A DNA stretch of 64,000 bases, from positions 2,880,001 through 2,944,000 of the forward strand of contig CP182352.1 of NCBI GenBank assembly GCA_048571215.1, written 5' to 3'. Below the pieces are notes generated by a model that saw only the letters and a list, made by a program, of their open reading frames with translations, was not told where the DNA came from and searched no databases. Position 1 is the first letter of the stretch, and each line of letters opens with the position of its first letter. This document shows, one piece after another, positions 28,655 to 39,983 of this stretch. A program made the translations under genes and the position numbers. Source of the stretch: Halarcobacter sp. GTDB lineage: Bacteria; Campylobacterota; Campylobacteria; Campylobacterales; Arcobacteraceae.

Positions 28655-28855
28655 GTGAAAAAAGATATTCACCCAGATTACAAAGTATGTACAGTTTCTT
28701 GTGCTTGCGGTAATACATTTGAAACAAAATCAAATGTGGAAACTTTAAGAATTGACATTTGTTCTGCTTGTCACCCGTTCTTTACAGGTGAGCAAAAAAT
28801 TGTTGATGCTGCAGGTAGAGTAGAGAAATTTAAAGCTAAATACGCTAAAAAATAA
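28655..28855 (+). CDS. rpmE: 50S ribosomal protein L31 (Zn-binding type)
   Basis: GTG start after [14 protein letters not shown]...CACG...[10 protein letters not shown]. Confidence 0.97.
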   Translation: MKKDIHPDYKVCTVSCACGNTFETKSNVETLRIDICSACHPFFTGEQKIVDAAGRVEKFKAKYAKK

Positions 28856-28871
28856 TTTAGCTTTAAAATCA

Positions 28872-29687
28872 GTGCTTACGTTAGTTCCAACTCCAATAGG
28901 AAACTTAGAGGATATCTCTAAGCGTAGTATTACTGCCCTATTGGAAGCGGAACTAATTTTTTGTGAAGATACAAGAGTCACAAAAAAACTTCTTCAACTT
29001 CTAAGTTCAAGAGAGAATTTAGAGTTCAAATGTTCAAACTTCAAATCCTTACACTCACACAATGAAAATCAAGTTATAAACTCTCTTAGTATAGATGACT
29101 TTAATCAAAATATTGTATATGTTAGCGATGCAGGTATGCCTTGTGTATCTGATCCTGGTGCTAAACTTGTTCAATACTGCATAGAAAACTCTATAGAATA
29201 TGATGTTATTCCTGGTGCAAATGCTGTTTTAACTGCCTTTGCTATGAGTGGATTTGAAAATACAGAGTTTACATTTTTTGGATTTTTACCCCATAAAGGG
29301 AAAGAAAGACAAATTAAACTTACAAAAGTTATGGAAAGTGATATCTTGCCGATACTTTACGAATCACCCCATAGACTTATAAAAACCCTAGAAGAGATTA
29401 AAAACATAGATGAGAATAGAACTATTTTTTTAGTAAAAGAGCTTACAAAACTTCATCAAAAATACTACAAAGATAGTTCTATAAATATCTACAATCAACT
29501 AAAAGACACCTCAATCAAAGGGGAATGGGTTATATTAATAGAACCTACAAATTTTGCAGGGGAGAATCTAACTTTAAAAGATATAGAAGATTTAGATTTA
29601 GCTCCTAAAATAAAAGCAAAACTTATTGCAAAACTTACAGGTAAAAATACAAAAGAGATATATCAACAACTTTTAGAAAAAAACTAA
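28872..29687 (+). CDS. rsmI: 16S rRNA C1402 2'-O-methyltransferase
   Basis: PTPIGNLEDIS, CEDTR, SDAGMPCVSDPG and YESPHR. Confidence 0.96.
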   Translation: MLTLVPTPIGNLEDISKRSITALLEAELIFCEDTRVTKKLLQLLSSRENLEFKCSNFKSLHSHNENQVINSLSIDDFNQNIVYVSDAGMPCVSDPGAKLVQYCIENSIEYDVIPGANAVLTAFAMSGFENTEFTFFGFLPHKGKERQIKLTKVMESDILPILYESPHRLIKTLEEIKNIDENRTIFLVKELTKLHQKYYKDSSINIYNQLKDTSIKGEWVILIEPTNFAGENLTLKDIEDLDLAPKIKAKLIAKLTGKNTKEIYQQLLEKN

Positions 29688-29691
29688 TCTT

Positions 29692-31671
29692 CTAAAAGTT
29701 TTTTTCTAAAGTATCCAATTGCATTTGAATATTTTCAATTGCATTAATGCTATTTATCAGCTTATCAAAACTTACTCTTTTTTCTTTTATAAAATTATTA
29801 CTTTGTTTGGAACTTGAGCTGATTTTCTCAATTGAATCATTAATAGTAACCATATTTTCAGAAACCCCTTCTAGTTTGGAACTTGCTTGAGTAATTGAAG
29901 ATGAAACCTCGCTTATCCCTTTTATAGCTACTTCAACAGAGGCATTACTCTCTGAAAGACTTATTTGTGTTTTATTTGCAAGTTTTTTTACCTCATCGGC
30001 AACTACTTTAAATCCATTTCCATATTCCCCTGCCCTTGAAGCTTCTATTGCTGCATTTAGTGCTAAAAGATTTGTTTGAATTGCTATACCAGAGATAGAA
30101 GACATCACTTTTTTAATCTCTGATGCATTTTTTGTTAGTTTTTGCATATCTTCTACTAAATTACTATTTGATTCAACATTGTTCATTATTTCAGATGAAA
30201 AATTCTCAAATCTATTTGAGATATCTTCAATGATTTCATTACTCTCAATTGTATTTTCATATACAAAATTTAAAATATTTACCATATCTTGAATCAAAGG
30301 GAAAGTCTCTTTTAAATTTGCTAAAAGAGTTGTTCTAACCCTTGAAAGTAGTTGATATTGATGGATTTCTCTTTCTTTAAAATAAGTACAAAATGATGCA
30401 TATTTATCAACAAAACCATCCACATATTCATCATAAAATCCACTATTATCTTCTACTTTATAAAAAAACAAAGCAGTTAAAGTTTGATTTATATTTAATC
30501 CTAAAAGTTCTCCAAAAGTTGAGCATCCTGCAAGGGGAATATCATTAAAAGTTTTTAGTGCATTTAATCTATCTGTATTAAAAAGCCTTCTTAAGATACA
30601 GTCATTAAATATAGCACCAAGTGGTTTTTCCTTTTTTTGTGATATAAAACTTCTATAGTCCCTATCTGTTTGAGATAAAAACTCTTTGTTTTTGACCAAA
30701 TAAAGTATATCTCCAAAAGAGATATCACAGAAAAAAGAGATTTTTTTATTTTCGATATCTACATTGGAAACAGATCGTATATATAATTCATCACCCAACT
30801 TAACTGCAAAATTGTATTGGGTTAATACTTCTGGTAAATTTTTCAAAGTACAATTTAAATAGCTACATAGGGCATCTACAAAGTTTATTATCTTGTTATC
30901 TTTTGTACTTAAAACGCTACTTACACTTCTATCAAGCATATTTGATTGGGCAACTAAAAAAGATATATCAGTGAGATCACAACTTTGGGATTTAAATACA
31001 CCATATTTGATATTTTCTTTTAACTTAACAAGAACAACAACAGCCTTATGTCGTACAGGTTCTTTGTCATTAAAGATAAATGTATCTTTAAAATCAAGTT
31101 TACCACCTGCTGAACCACCTATCAAAAGACAAGGCAATTTAGCACTTTTATAAACAGCTTCAGTAAAAAAACTTTCGCTATTTGATAAGCCATCAATAAA
31201 GCTCAAAGCAAAAGTATGTTCATGGTTTATCTTAAAAGGGATATTTAACTTATCTATCTCTTGGGTTATTTTACTTATTCTTTCTTTATGTGAAATTGTT
31301 TGAGAAGTTATATTTTCACTAAATAAAGGAACAGTCAAAACCTCAACTTGTTCAATTATTTTATCACTAAAACTTTGTAATACTATATTATCCCAAGTGG
31401 TACTTGCATCATGATATAAAGCATCTCTTTTTTCATTTAGATTAAAAGTGCAAAGCTCCCCTGCTGTTGTTAACAAAACTAGTTTTGTATTATCTGACAA
31501 GAAAGATTTAATCTTTCTTGATATTTGATCAAAATCTAAATGGGGAGAAATAAACCCTAAAATCAACTTTGGTGAATCCTCTTCAAAAAACAAGCTTTCT
31601 ATAACAGTTTCATCCAAATTATTATAATTTGTATTTATTACTTTTATATAGTTACTATTGATATTTTCCAT
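29692..31671 (-). CDS. Cytoplasmic chemoreceptor with FIST sensory domains
   Basis: TTAGE, IDGLS, GGSAG, DCILRR and STFGE (FIST N and C); [30 protein letters not shown] (MCP signalling). Confidence 0.9.
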   Translation of the reverse strand: MENINSNYIKVINTNYNNLDETVIESLFFEEDSPKLILGFISPHLDFDQISRKIKSFLSDNTKLVLLTTAGELCTFNLNEKRDALYHDASTTWDNIVLQSFSDKIIEQVEVLTVPLFSENITSQTISHKERISKITQEIDKLNIPFKINHEHTFALSFIDGLSNSESFFTEAVYKSAKLPCLLIGGSAGGKLDFKDTFIFNDKEPVRHKAVVVLVKLKENIKYGVFKSQSCDLTDISFLVAQSNMLDRSVSSVLSTKDNKIINFVDALCSYLNCTLKNLPEVLTQYNFAVKLGDELYIRSVSNVDIENKKISFFCDISFGDILYLVKNKEFLSQTDRDYRSFISQKKEKPLGAIFNDCILRRLFNTDRLNALKTFNDIPLAGCSTFGELLGLNINQTLTALFFYKVEDNSGFYDEYVDGFVDKYASFCTYFKEREIHQYQLLSRVRTTLLANLKETFPLIQDMVNILNFVYENTIESNEIIEDISNRFENFSSEIMNNVESNSNLVEDMQKLTKNASEIKKVMSSISGIAIQTNLLALNAAIEASRAGEYGNGFKVVADEVKKLANKTQISLSESNASVEVAIKGISEVSSSITQASSKLEGVSENMVTINDSIEKISSSSKQSNNFIKEKRVSFDKLINSINAIENIQMQLDTLEKNF

Positions 31672-31787
31672 TCTATTCTCTCTTTTTTAATCTCGAAATA
31701 TTATATCTGATATATATAGCCCCAATAGAGCGATAAATTTATATTCATAAAAGAGATTTATCAACAAATTTTAGATAAAATCCATCC

Positions 31788-32471
31788 ATGATAATATATG
31801 GCAAACAAGTAGTACTTCATGTACTAGATAAACATCCCGATCTAATTGAAGAAGTTATGTTCTCAAAAGATATTGAACCTAAACTATTTAGAAGATTTAC
31901 TAGTTTAAATACAAAGATAATTAAACTTGATAATAAAAAAGCTCAAAGTCTTGCACATGGAGGGAACCATCAAGGTTTCTTTCTAAAACTTAAAGAGTTT
32001 CAAACACAAAGTTTGAAAGATATAAAAGACTCAAACTTTATTGTTGTTCTAGATGGATTAACTGATGTGGGAAATATAGGTGCTATTTGTAGAAGTGCGT
32101 ATTCACTTGGTGTTGATGCAATAATTGCGTGCAATGTAAATCAATTGAACTATGCAGCTATTGCTAGAACGAGTAGTGGTGCTTTGTTAGATTTGCCTTT
32201 TTGCAATTTTCCAAATATTTTAGATTTGACAAATGAATTAAAACACTCAGGATTTAAACTAGTTGGTGCTTCTATGGAAGGTACTAGTTTAAAAGAGTTT
32301 GAACTAAAAAATGAAAAAACTGCACTTTTCCTTGGAAGTGAAGGGGAAGGTTTATCAAATAAAGTGATTAAAAAACTAGACCATAAAGTTTCAATAGAGA
32401 TGTCAAACAATTTTGACTCACTAAATGTTTCAGTTGCGGCTGGTATTTTAATCTATAATTTAAAAAACTAA
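31788..32471 (+). CDS. rlmB: 23S rRNA G2251 2'-O-methyltransferase
   Basis: NHQG, DVGNIGAICRS, GSEGEG and DSLNVSVA. Confidence 0.92.
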   Translation: MIIYGKQVVLHVLDKHPDLIEEVMFSKDIEPKLFRRFTSLNTKIIKLDNKKAQSLAHGGNHQGFFLKLKEFQTQSLKDIKDSNFIVVLDGLTDVGNIGAICRSAYSLGVDAIIACNVNQLNYAAIARTSSGALLDLPFCNFPNILDLTNELKHSGFKLVGASMEGTSLKEFELKNEKTALFLGSEGEGLSNKVIKKLDHKVSIEMSNNFDSLNVSVAAGILIYNLKN

Positions 32472-32480
32472 GAGATAAAT

Positions 32481-33299
32481 ATGTTAAAAAACCTATTCTT
32501 AATATTAATTACAACATTAACACTAAATGCAACAAGTTTTACTCAAAGAATTGTGAATATTATTGGATATGATGAATACAGAGTAAATAAAGGTCTTATT
32601 GATTACCTTTTTTCAAATGAACAACAATACTATACTAATGGTATGATAAACTATATTGAAGTTATGGAAAAACTTCAAGAGAATGGTTTATTAAAAATAT
32701 CTTTTAATACTCCAATGGATGTAAGCATAACATTTCATATCAACCAGGACCCTATCAAGTCATTAAAAATCATCTCTAATTCTTTGAAGTCTTTAGGGTA
32801 TTACCATTATTTTACTAAAGAGCTAACATATGATGAAGAGCAAAATATAATTTGGACAATAAACCTAAAAACAGAAGCCGCCATCGACCCTCTTATGTTA
32901 TCAAAAGAGCTATATGAAAATAGATGTTATATTTTTGATATCAAAAAAGAGGGTTTAACTAAGTGGTTGTATACAATTGATACAGCAAACTCAATACTAT
33001 CAGATGCAAAAAAAATCACAACATCTGAAAAAGTAACGTTTAGAAAGCCATTGAAACCGTATTTACTAGAGATTGAAAATGGAAATAGATTAGATATTAT
33101 ATCAAAACCTGGTAACCAATGGTTTCCATATGTGGTCTTTTACGATGAACATCTAAATATCTTAGAGATAGTAAAAGAGAACAATGAAAAGAAAGGTATG
33201 AAATTAAGTATACCTTCATACACAAAATATATTAAAATTGAAGATATATACTCACTATCAAATATAAATCGTGGGTTAAGTGTAATAATCAAGGAGTAA
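32481..33299 (+). CDS. Hypothetical exported protein
   Basis: Signal-peptide-like N-terminus; in operon between rlmB and the aminotransferase. Confidence 0.75.
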   Translation: MLKNLFLILITTLTLNATSFTQRIVNIIGYDEYRVNKGLIDYLFSNEQQYYTNGMINYIEVMEKLQENGLLKISFNTPMDVSITFHINQDPIKSLKIISNSLKSLGYYHYFTKELTYDEEQNIIWTINLKTEAAIDPLMLSKELYENRCYIFDIKKEGLTKWLYTIDTANSILSDAKKITTSEKVTFRKPLKPYLLEIENGNRLDIISKPGNQWFPYVVFYDEHLNILEIVKENNEKKGMKLSIPSYTKYIKIEDIYSLSNINRGLSVIIKE

Positions 33300-33304
33300 A
33301 AAAA

Positions 33305-34519
33305 ATGTTTCCAGAAATAGAGTTTGAGAGAATGAAGAGACTTCCAAACTACGTGTTTGCAGAAGTTAATAATATCAAAATGGAAGCTAGACGTGCAGGT
33401 GAAGATATCATAGATTTTTCTATGGGAAATCCTGATGGTCCTGCACCACAACATATTGTTGACAAATTAAAAGAAACAGCAGACAAACCAAAAAATCATG
33501 GTTATAGTGCAAGTGCAGGTATATATAAATTAAGACTTGCTATTTGTAACTGGTACAAAAGAAAATATGGTTTTGAAGGACTAGACCCAAATAAACATGC
33601 TGTTGCAACTATGGGTTCAAAAGAGGGTTATGTTCATCTAGTTCAAGCTATAGTAAATGTTGGAGATGTGGCAGTAGTTCCAGATCCAACTTATCCAATT
33701 CACTCATATGCTTTTATGTTAGCAGGTGCTGCTATTCATAACTTTGAGTTACCATTTGGGGAAGATTTTAGAGTTGATGAAGAGCTATTTTTTGAAAGAT
33801 TAAATAAAACCCTAAGGGAATCAATTCCTAAAGTAAAATATGTTTTAGTTAACTTCCCACACAATCCAAGTTGTGCAACAGTAACACCAGAGTTTTACCA
33901 AAGATTAGTTGATTTAGCAAAACAAGAGAGATTTTATATCATCTCTGATATTGCATATGCAGATATCACTTTTGATGGATATAAAACCCCATCAATTTTC
34001 CAAGCAGAAGGTGCACTTGATGTTGCAGTAGAATCATTTACCCTATCAAAATCATACAATATGGCAGGATGGAGAGTTGGGTTTATGGTTGGAAATGAAA
34101 AACTAATTGGAGCATTAAAAAGAATCAAATCATGGCTTGACTATGGGATGTTTACACCTATTCAAGTTGCAGCAACTGTTGCGCTTGATGGACCACAAGA
34201 TTGTGTTCAAACACATATAGAAAAATATCACTATAGAAGAGATGTGATGATTGAAGCTTTTAAAGATGCAGGTTGGGAGATGAATAAACCAAATGCCTCT
34301 ATGTTTATCTGGGCTAAAATTCCAGAGTGTGCGCAACACTTAGGAAGTATGGAGTTCTCGAAACAATTACTTACAGAAGCAAAGGTTGCAGTAAGTCCAG
34401 GAATTGGTTTTGGATATTATGGTGACCAGTATGTGAGAATTGCCTTAATTGAAAACGAAAAAAGAATTAGACAAGCAGCAAAAAATATAAAGAAATATTT
34501 AAATACATTAAAGAAATAG
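33305..34519 (+). CDS. Class I PLP aminotransferase (AlaC / LL-DAP aminotransferase-like)
   Basis: MGNPD, GSKEG, NFPHNP, DIAY and SKSYNMAGWRVG. Confidence 0.9.
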   Translation: MFPEIEFERMKRLPNYVFAEVNNIKMEARRAGEDIIDFSMGNPDGPAPQHIVDKLKETADKPKNHGYSASAGIYKLRLAICNWYKRKYGFEGLDPNKHAVATMGSKEGYVHLVQAIVNVGDVAVVPDPTYPIHSYAFMLAGAAIHNFELPFGEDFRVDEELFFERLNKTLRESIPKVKYVLVNFPHNPSCATVTPEFYQRLVDLAKQERFYIISDIAYADITFDGYKTPSIFQAEGALDVAVESFTLSKSYNMAGWRVGFMVGNEKLIGALKRIKSWLDYGMFTPIQVAATVALDGPQDCVQTHIEKYHYRRDVMIEAFKDAGWEMNKPNASMFIWAKIPECAQHLGSMEFSKQLLTEAKVAVSPGIGFGYYGDQYVRIALIENEKRIRQAAKNIKKYLNTLKK

Positions 34520-34527
34520 GACTATAA

Positions 34528-35787
34528 ATGAGAGTAGGAATAATTGGAGTTGGTACTGTTGGTACTAGTGTTGCAAACATCTTAAAAGACAATAAAGGTA
34601 TTATTACTGCACGTTCAGGGGTTGATATTGAACCAGTAATAGGCGTAGTAAATGATTTAAGCAAAAAAAGAGATGTTACTATTGAACTAACTGATGATAT
34701 TGACAAAGTTTTAAATGATGATTCAATAGATATTATTGTAGAGCTTATGGGTGGGATTGAAAAACCTTATGAGGTTGTAAAAAAGGCTTTAAAAAATGGT
34801 AAAGCAGTAGTTACTGCAAATAAGGCACTTTTAGCATACCATAGATATGAACTACAAGAGATAGCAGGAGATACAGCTTTTGAATATGAAGCAGCAGTTG
34901 CTGGTGGTATTCCAATTATTAATGCTCTAAGAGATGGATTAACAGCAAATCATATTAAATCAATCCGTGGGATTATGAACGGTACTTGTAACTATATGCT
35001 TACAAAAATGATAAATGAAGGTGTAGATTACGATACTATCTTAAAAGAATCTCAAGAGTTAGGATATGCAGAAGCTGATCCTACTTTTGATGTGGGTGGT
35101 TTTGATGCAGCGCATAAACTTTTGATTTTGGGTTCTATTGCATATGGAATTGATGCAAAACCTGAAGATATCTTAATAGAAGGTATTCAAGATATAGATA
35201 CTCCTGATATTGATTTTGCAAATGAGTTTAACTATACAATCAAACTTTTAACAATTGCAAAAAAAATAGGTAGTGAAATTGAACTTAGAGTGCATCCTGT
35301 ATTTATCTCAAAAGATGAGATGATTGCTAAAGTTGATGGAGTTATGAACGGTGTTTCTGTTATAGGTGATAAAGTTGGAGAAACTATGTATTATGGACCA
35401 GGAGCTGGTGGAGATGCAACTGCAAGTGCAGTTATTGCAAATATTATAGATATTGCTAGACGAGGTAAGGGTTCTCCAATGTTAGGATTTGAATCTCCAC
35501 ATACAGAAAAACTAACTTTGATGAAAAAAGAAAAAATAGAAACAAAATACTATTTAAGACTTAGAATAGAAGATAAAATTGGGGTATTAGCTAAGGTTGC
35601 TTCAATTTTAGGAGATAACAATATCTCAATAGAAAAAATGATTCAAAAGCCATTAAATAAAACTTGTGTGCATCTACTTCTTTCTACACATACATGTATT
35701 GAAGAGAATATTATAAAAGCACTTAAAAAAATAGAAGATACAAGTGTTGTTACTGCAAAACCTGTTATGATTAGAATTGAGGATTAA
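34528..35787 (+). CDS. hom: Homoserine dehydrogenase
   Basis: GVGTVG, VVTANKA, EAAVAGGIP, GYAEADP and a C-terminal ACT domain. Confidence 0.96.
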   Translation: MRVGIIGVGTVGTSVANILKDNKGIITARSGVDIEPVIGVVNDLSKKRDVTIELTDDIDKVLNDDSIDIIVELMGGIEKPYEVVKKALKNGKAVVTANKALLAYHRYELQEIAGDTAFEYEAAVAGGIPIINALRDGLTANHIKSIRGIMNGTCNYMLTKMINEGVDYDTILKESQELGYAEADPTFDVGGFDAAHKLLILGSIAYGIDAKPEDILIEGIQDIDTPDIDFANEFNYTIKLLTIAKKIGSEIELRVHPVFISKDEMIAKVDGVMNGVSVIGDKVGETMYYGPGAGGDATASAVIANIIDIARRGKGSPMLGFESPHTEKLTLMKKEKIETKYYLRLRIEDKIGVLAKVASILGDNNISIEKMIQKPLNKTCVHLLLSTHTCIEENIIKALKKIEDTSVVTAKPVMIRIED

Positions 35788-35801
35788 TCCTCAACTCTAA
35801 T
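35770..35801 (+). terminator. Terminator-like hairpin over the hom stop
   Basis: attagaattgaggatt / aatcctcaactctaat inverted repeat (15/16) followed by a T run. Confidence 0.6.
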
Positions 35802-35857
35802 CTTTTTAGAAACTTTTTACGGTACTATCTCACAACAAATACAACAATGGATAACTT

Positions 35858-37210
35858 GTGAAAACAGATACAAAACACCTTTTAAATGATAATATCCCTA
35901 GCCTATTAAGACAAATAGCAATACCAGCTAGTACTGGCATGTTTTTTAATACCATGTATAATGTTGTAGATACTTTTTATGCAGGACTTATCTCAACACA
36001 AGCTATATCTGCACTATCTTTATCTTTTATGATATTTTTTACTATTATTGGTTTAGGTTATGGTTTTTCATCTGCAATTACTGCACTAATAGGGAATGCT
36101 AATGGAAAAAACAAAAGATTTTTAGCTTCTTTATATGCCCATAAGGGTATATTTTTTATGCAAACTTTAGCTTTAGTTCTAACCCTTATTGGATTTTTAA
36201 TATCTCCATTTCTTTTTAAACTCCTAGGAGCTAGTGGTGAGTATTTGGATATGTCATTAGATTATATGAATATAATACTTGCTGGTACAATCTTTTTTAT
36301 GACAAATTTTGCCTTAAATGCAATATTAGTTTCTAGAGGAGATACAAAAACCTATAGAAATAGTTTGATTTTTGGTTTTTTTGCTAATTTGATTTTAAAC
36401 CCTTTATTTATATATGGATTTTTATTCATCCCTGCAATGGGTATAAAAGGGATTGCCCTAGCAACTGTGGCTATACAATTTTTTAACAACCTTTATATGC
36501 TTTATAAGGTTATGGAAACAAAACTAGTGCATTTTAGAAATATAAGATATTTTCTACCACACAAAAAGATATATAAAGATTTATTTACCCAAGGTATTCC
36601 TTCAAGTATGAATATGCTTATTATGGCACTGGGTTCTATTATTTTAATGTATTTTGTTTCTTTATATGGAGTTAAAGCTGTTGCTGGATATGGGGTAGGA
36701 TTTAGGGTTGAACAAATTATGCTCTTGCCTGCTCTTGGACTTAGTTCTGCGGTTTTATCAATAGTATCAAATAACTTTGGAGCAAAAAGATATGATAGAG
36801 TGCAAGAAACCCTAAATAAAGCTTTAAAATATGGTTTTTATATCGCAAGCTTTGGTATTGCTTTTTTATATATATTTGGAGATTTTATAATCTCACAATT
36901 TGATAATGATTTAGAAGTTATAAAATATGGCTTTAATTATTTAGTAGTTGAAGTTTGGATTTTTTATGCATATATTATACTTTTTATCTGTGTATCAACA
37001 CTTCAAGCTATCAAAAGACCTAAAATGATATTTTATATAGCCCTTTATAGACAAATTATTGCAAAATTTCTAATAGCCTATATTTTGGTAAGTTTACTAG
37101 AACTAGACTATATCTATTTATGGGTTGGGGTATTAGTTATGATATACAGCGCAGCTATTTTTGCATTTTTCTATACACAAAAGTTATTAAAAGAATACAA
37201 TATACTATAA
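35858..37210 (+). CDS. MATE-family efflux transporter
   Basis: YNVVDTFYAG, GDTKT, NLILNPLFI and about 12 TM segments. Confidence 0.92.
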   Translation: MKTDTKHLLNDNIPSLLRQIAIPASTGMFFNTMYNVVDTFYAGLISTQAISALSLSFMIFFTIIGLGYGFSSAITALIGNANGKNKRFLASLYAHKGIFFMQTLALVLTLIGFLISPFLFKLLGASGEYLDMSLDYMNIILAGTIFFMTNFALNAILVSRGDTKTYRNSLIFGFFANLILNPLFIYGFLFIPAMGIKGIALATVAIQFFNNLYMLYKVMETKLVHFRNIRYFLPHKKIYKDLFTQGIPSSMNMLIMALGSIILMYFVSLYGVKAVAGYGVGFRVEQIMLLPALGLSSAVLSIVSNNFGAKRYDRVQETLNKALKYGFYIASFGIAFLYIFGDFIISQFDNDLEVIKYGFNYLVVEVWIFYAYIILFICVSTLQAIKRPKMIFYIALYRQIIAKFLIAYILVSLLELDYIYLWVGVLVMIYSAAIFAFFYTQKLLKEYNIL

Positions 37211-37233
37211 TTTTTGATTAGGAGTTGTTTATT

Positions 37234-38136
37234 ATGAAAATAGATACTTTAAAATTATTAAATAAATTAAATCTTATCTACTATAGATATGATAAACAAA
37301 AAAACAGTTTAGTTCTTGATGAAGAACCAAATGAACACTCTTATAAAGAGTTAATAAAAATCACCTTTATGTTAAGTAAATATAAGGTCACTTTTAACGT
37401 AAATAATGATAAATCAATCTCACTATTTGCATCTTCTTCTATATTTTTCACTCTTAGTAAATATTTTAATGAACTAATTGAAAATTTTAGAAATAGAAAT
37501 TCAAATATTTATATCCTAAGTGACAAAAAAGTTAAGTGGGCAAAAAATCTACCCTTGTTCAAAATAGAGCTTATTCCACAAGATATAGATTTCTCAAGTT
37601 ATGATGCTATAATTTTCACTTCTAAAAATGGGGTTCATTCACTAAATAAATTTAATTCAAAATGGAAAAATATACCTGCATATGTAATAGCACCACAAAC
37701 CGCAAAGGTGCTAAAGCAATTAAAAGGAACTCTAGCCTTTGTGGGGAAAACAAACCATGGAGATGAGTTTGCATATGAACTAATCAAAGAGCTAAAAAAT
37801 AAAAAAGTATTATATATAAGAGCAGAAGAGATTGTTTCTAATTTTACAAAAATATTAAATGACAATGGTGTAGTATGTGAAGAAAAAATAGTTTATAGAA
37901 CTGTTCATAAAAACTTCAAAGAGAAGATTGACTTGCCTAAAAACTCAACTATTATATTCTCTTCACCCTCAACAATAAAATGTTTTTTCAAAAATATCAA
38001 GTGGCAAGAAAGCTTTAAAATAATCTCAATAGGAAAAACAACGGCAAAATATCTTCCAAGTTATGTATCATATGATATTGCTGATACCACATCCCTAGAA
38101 GCTTGCGTAAGAAAGGCAATAGAGATAAAAAAATAA
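37234..38136 (+). CDS. hemD: Uroporphyrinogen-III synthase with an N-terminal extension
   Basis: IIFTSKNGV, IAPQTA, VYRT, FSSPS and SIGKTT; ATG 37234 follows AGGAG. Confidence 0.8.
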   Translation: MKIDTLKLLNKLNLIYYRYDKQKNSLVLDEEPNEHSYKELIKITFMLSKYKVTFNVNNDKSISLFASSSIFFTLSKYFNELIENFRNRNSNIYILSDKKVKWAKNLPLFKIELIPQDIDFSSYDAIIFTSKNGVHSLNKFNSKWKNIPAYVIAPQTAKVLKQLKGTLAFVGKTNHGDEFAYELIKELKNKKVLYIRAEEIVSNFTKILNDNGVVCEEKIVYRTVHKNFKEKIDLPKNSTIIFSSPSTIKCFFKNIKWQESFKIISIGKTTAKYLPSYVSYDIADTTSLEACVRKAIEIKK

Positions 38137-38175
38137 GATTTTATTAGTGCAAAGGTATTAAAAACCTTTACACTC

Positions 38176-39201
38176 TTATCTTAAAGAAACCATTTCAGAA
38201 ACAATACCTTTATTAGCATTTTCTAATACCTCTAAAGTTGCGGCTTTGTATTTTATTGGGTCTGCATTATAGATATAGGTTTCCAACTCCCTTTCACCTC
38301 CACCTAGTAGTACAGTTAAACCAGCAGAAATAACACTTCCAACTTTATTCATAGTTGATTTTTCCTCTTTTACTACATTTGCAAATTGTTTTGAAGAAAC
38401 CACCTCTTTTGATAAGCTAATTGATCCAATATTTGTACTAAATGTTCCACCTTGACCACTTGTAATTTGTGTTCTACTACCTCTATGTACTTGTATAGAT
38501 TGTCCAACGCTGATGTTAGCCATATCTCTCCCATTATACTTTTGCGAATATGCAAAAGTTACTACATAATGAACATCAAGTATTGGTATACCTAACTCTT
38601 CAGCAGCTTTTGAGAATCCAGACTCTGGACTTGTCCATCCATAAGCTTGCAAACCATCCCCTTGATTTGCAAAAAGTCTTAACTTTTCTCCACTTGGTGC
38701 AAAAACCAGAGCATTACCTTTAAATGAAGGCATAGATTCATCTGTACTCAAAGGTGAATCTTTTGTAACTACTTCACTAAATGTTTTATTTTTCAAAAGC
38801 TTATCTTTACTAACGATACTATAACCATTACTCTTCAAATTATTAATAAAGTTTTTATACGCTTGATCTGTTATTGTTTGCATCAACTCTTTAGAAATAC
38901 CATTTAACTTCACGTGAGCAGTAGCTCTAGCCATGCCACCTCCGCCACCTAAAAAACTACCTCTATTTTTTGCAGTCATTTTTTGTTCAATTAAAAATGA
39001 TACTTTGAAACCTCCAATTGCTACTTGTTGTTTAGCCTTAAAAGCTTTTGGTGTTTTAACATCATATAATGATTGTGTAGTAGAATTACCATTATTTGAT
39101 GCTCCCATATTTGTACCAGCACAACCACTTAATACAACCAAAAGAATTAGACTAACAAAACCTAAACTAAAAAGTTTTATCTCTGTTAATTTTACATGCA
39201 T
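38176..39201 (-). CDS. Hypothetical lipoprotein
   Basis: Lipobox VLSGC after a hydrophobic signal; AAGGAGG SD. Confidence 0.75.
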   Translation of the reverse strand: MHVKLTEIKLFSLGFVSLILLVVLSGCAGTNMGASNNGNSTTQSLYDVKTPKAFKAKQQVAIGGFKVSFLIEQKMTAKNRGSFLGGGGGMARATAHVKLNGISKELMQTITDQAYKNFINNLKSNGYSIVSKDKLLKNKTFSEVVTKDSPLSTDESMPSFKGNALVFAPSGEKLRLFANQGDGLQAYGWTSPESGFSKAAEELGIPILDVHYVVTFAYSQKYNGRDMANISVGQSIQVHRGSRTQITSGQGGTFSTNIGSISLSKEVVSSKQFANVVKEEKSTMNKVGSVISAGLTVLLGGGERELETYIYNADPIKYKAATLEVLENANKGIVSEMVSLR

Positions 39202-39290
39202 ATTATATCTCCTCCTTAAAATCTATAGATTTTAATAATATAATAATATTTTAAGTAAGTCAATAAGTTTCTTTTATTTAGCTTAAATAT

Positions 39291-39983
39291 TTAGATAAAA
39301 ACTTTATTTATATACAGTTCATTAAATGCTGGTTTTAAAATTGCCTTAGCTTCCTTAGCATCTATGTCATTAGTTATGCAGATATTTTTTAGAATCTTTT
39401 CAATTGAATTGTTTTTATCTAAACTTTTTAATACTTCATATATTAATTGGTTTAGCTCTCTATAAACAACTTCATTTGAATCAAAATTATAATAAATAAC
39501 TAAAAAAATTTCTTTTTTTAAATCAAAATTGTGATTAATGATATCATATTTAAATCTTTTAACTCTTGCACTTGGTGATAATTTATAGCTATTTTTATAT
39601 GAAAAGTTTTTAGGTTTTTTTATTTTATACTCTTTCATATAGATTTCTATCTCAATCCAATCATAATATAAAACCTCATAGAGGTGTTTTCTTGAATCAA
39701 ATATTTTATTCTTTTTTAGAAACTTTCTATAGTCATTTGCCATTTGCCAAATAAAAGCAGTCGTAGGGGTATCTTTCATAAAAGCTTTTATAGTCTCTTC
39801 TAACTCTTCTTGTGATATTTGTTCTACAAAAAGTGGAAAACTATTTTTAATAAGCTCAAAATATCTTAAAAAAACCAACTTTTGATATACCTTTACAGCA
39901 CTATTATCAAATTTATTCTCTTGATTTATTAGATTTGAGAAAAATCTATTTTCTATTTGCTTTTCTAAGATTTTTTTAGCCAT
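39291..39983 (-). CDS. HvfC/BufC-like (DUF2063) RiPP maturation partner
   Basis: VYQKLV...FPL...EVLYYDWIE pattern; overlaps the DUF692 gene. Confidence 0.78.
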   Translation of the reverse strand: MAKKILEKQIENRFFSNLINQENKFDNSAVKVYQKLVFLRYFELIKNSFPLFVEQISQEELEETIKAFMKDTPTTAFIWQMANDYRKFLKKNKIFDSRKHLYEVLYYDWIEIEIYMKEYKIKKPKNFSYKNSYKLSPSARVKRFKYDIINHNFDLKKEIFLVIYYNFDSNEVVYRELNQLIYEVLKSLDKNNSIEKILKNICITNDIDAKEAKAILKPAFNELYINKVFI

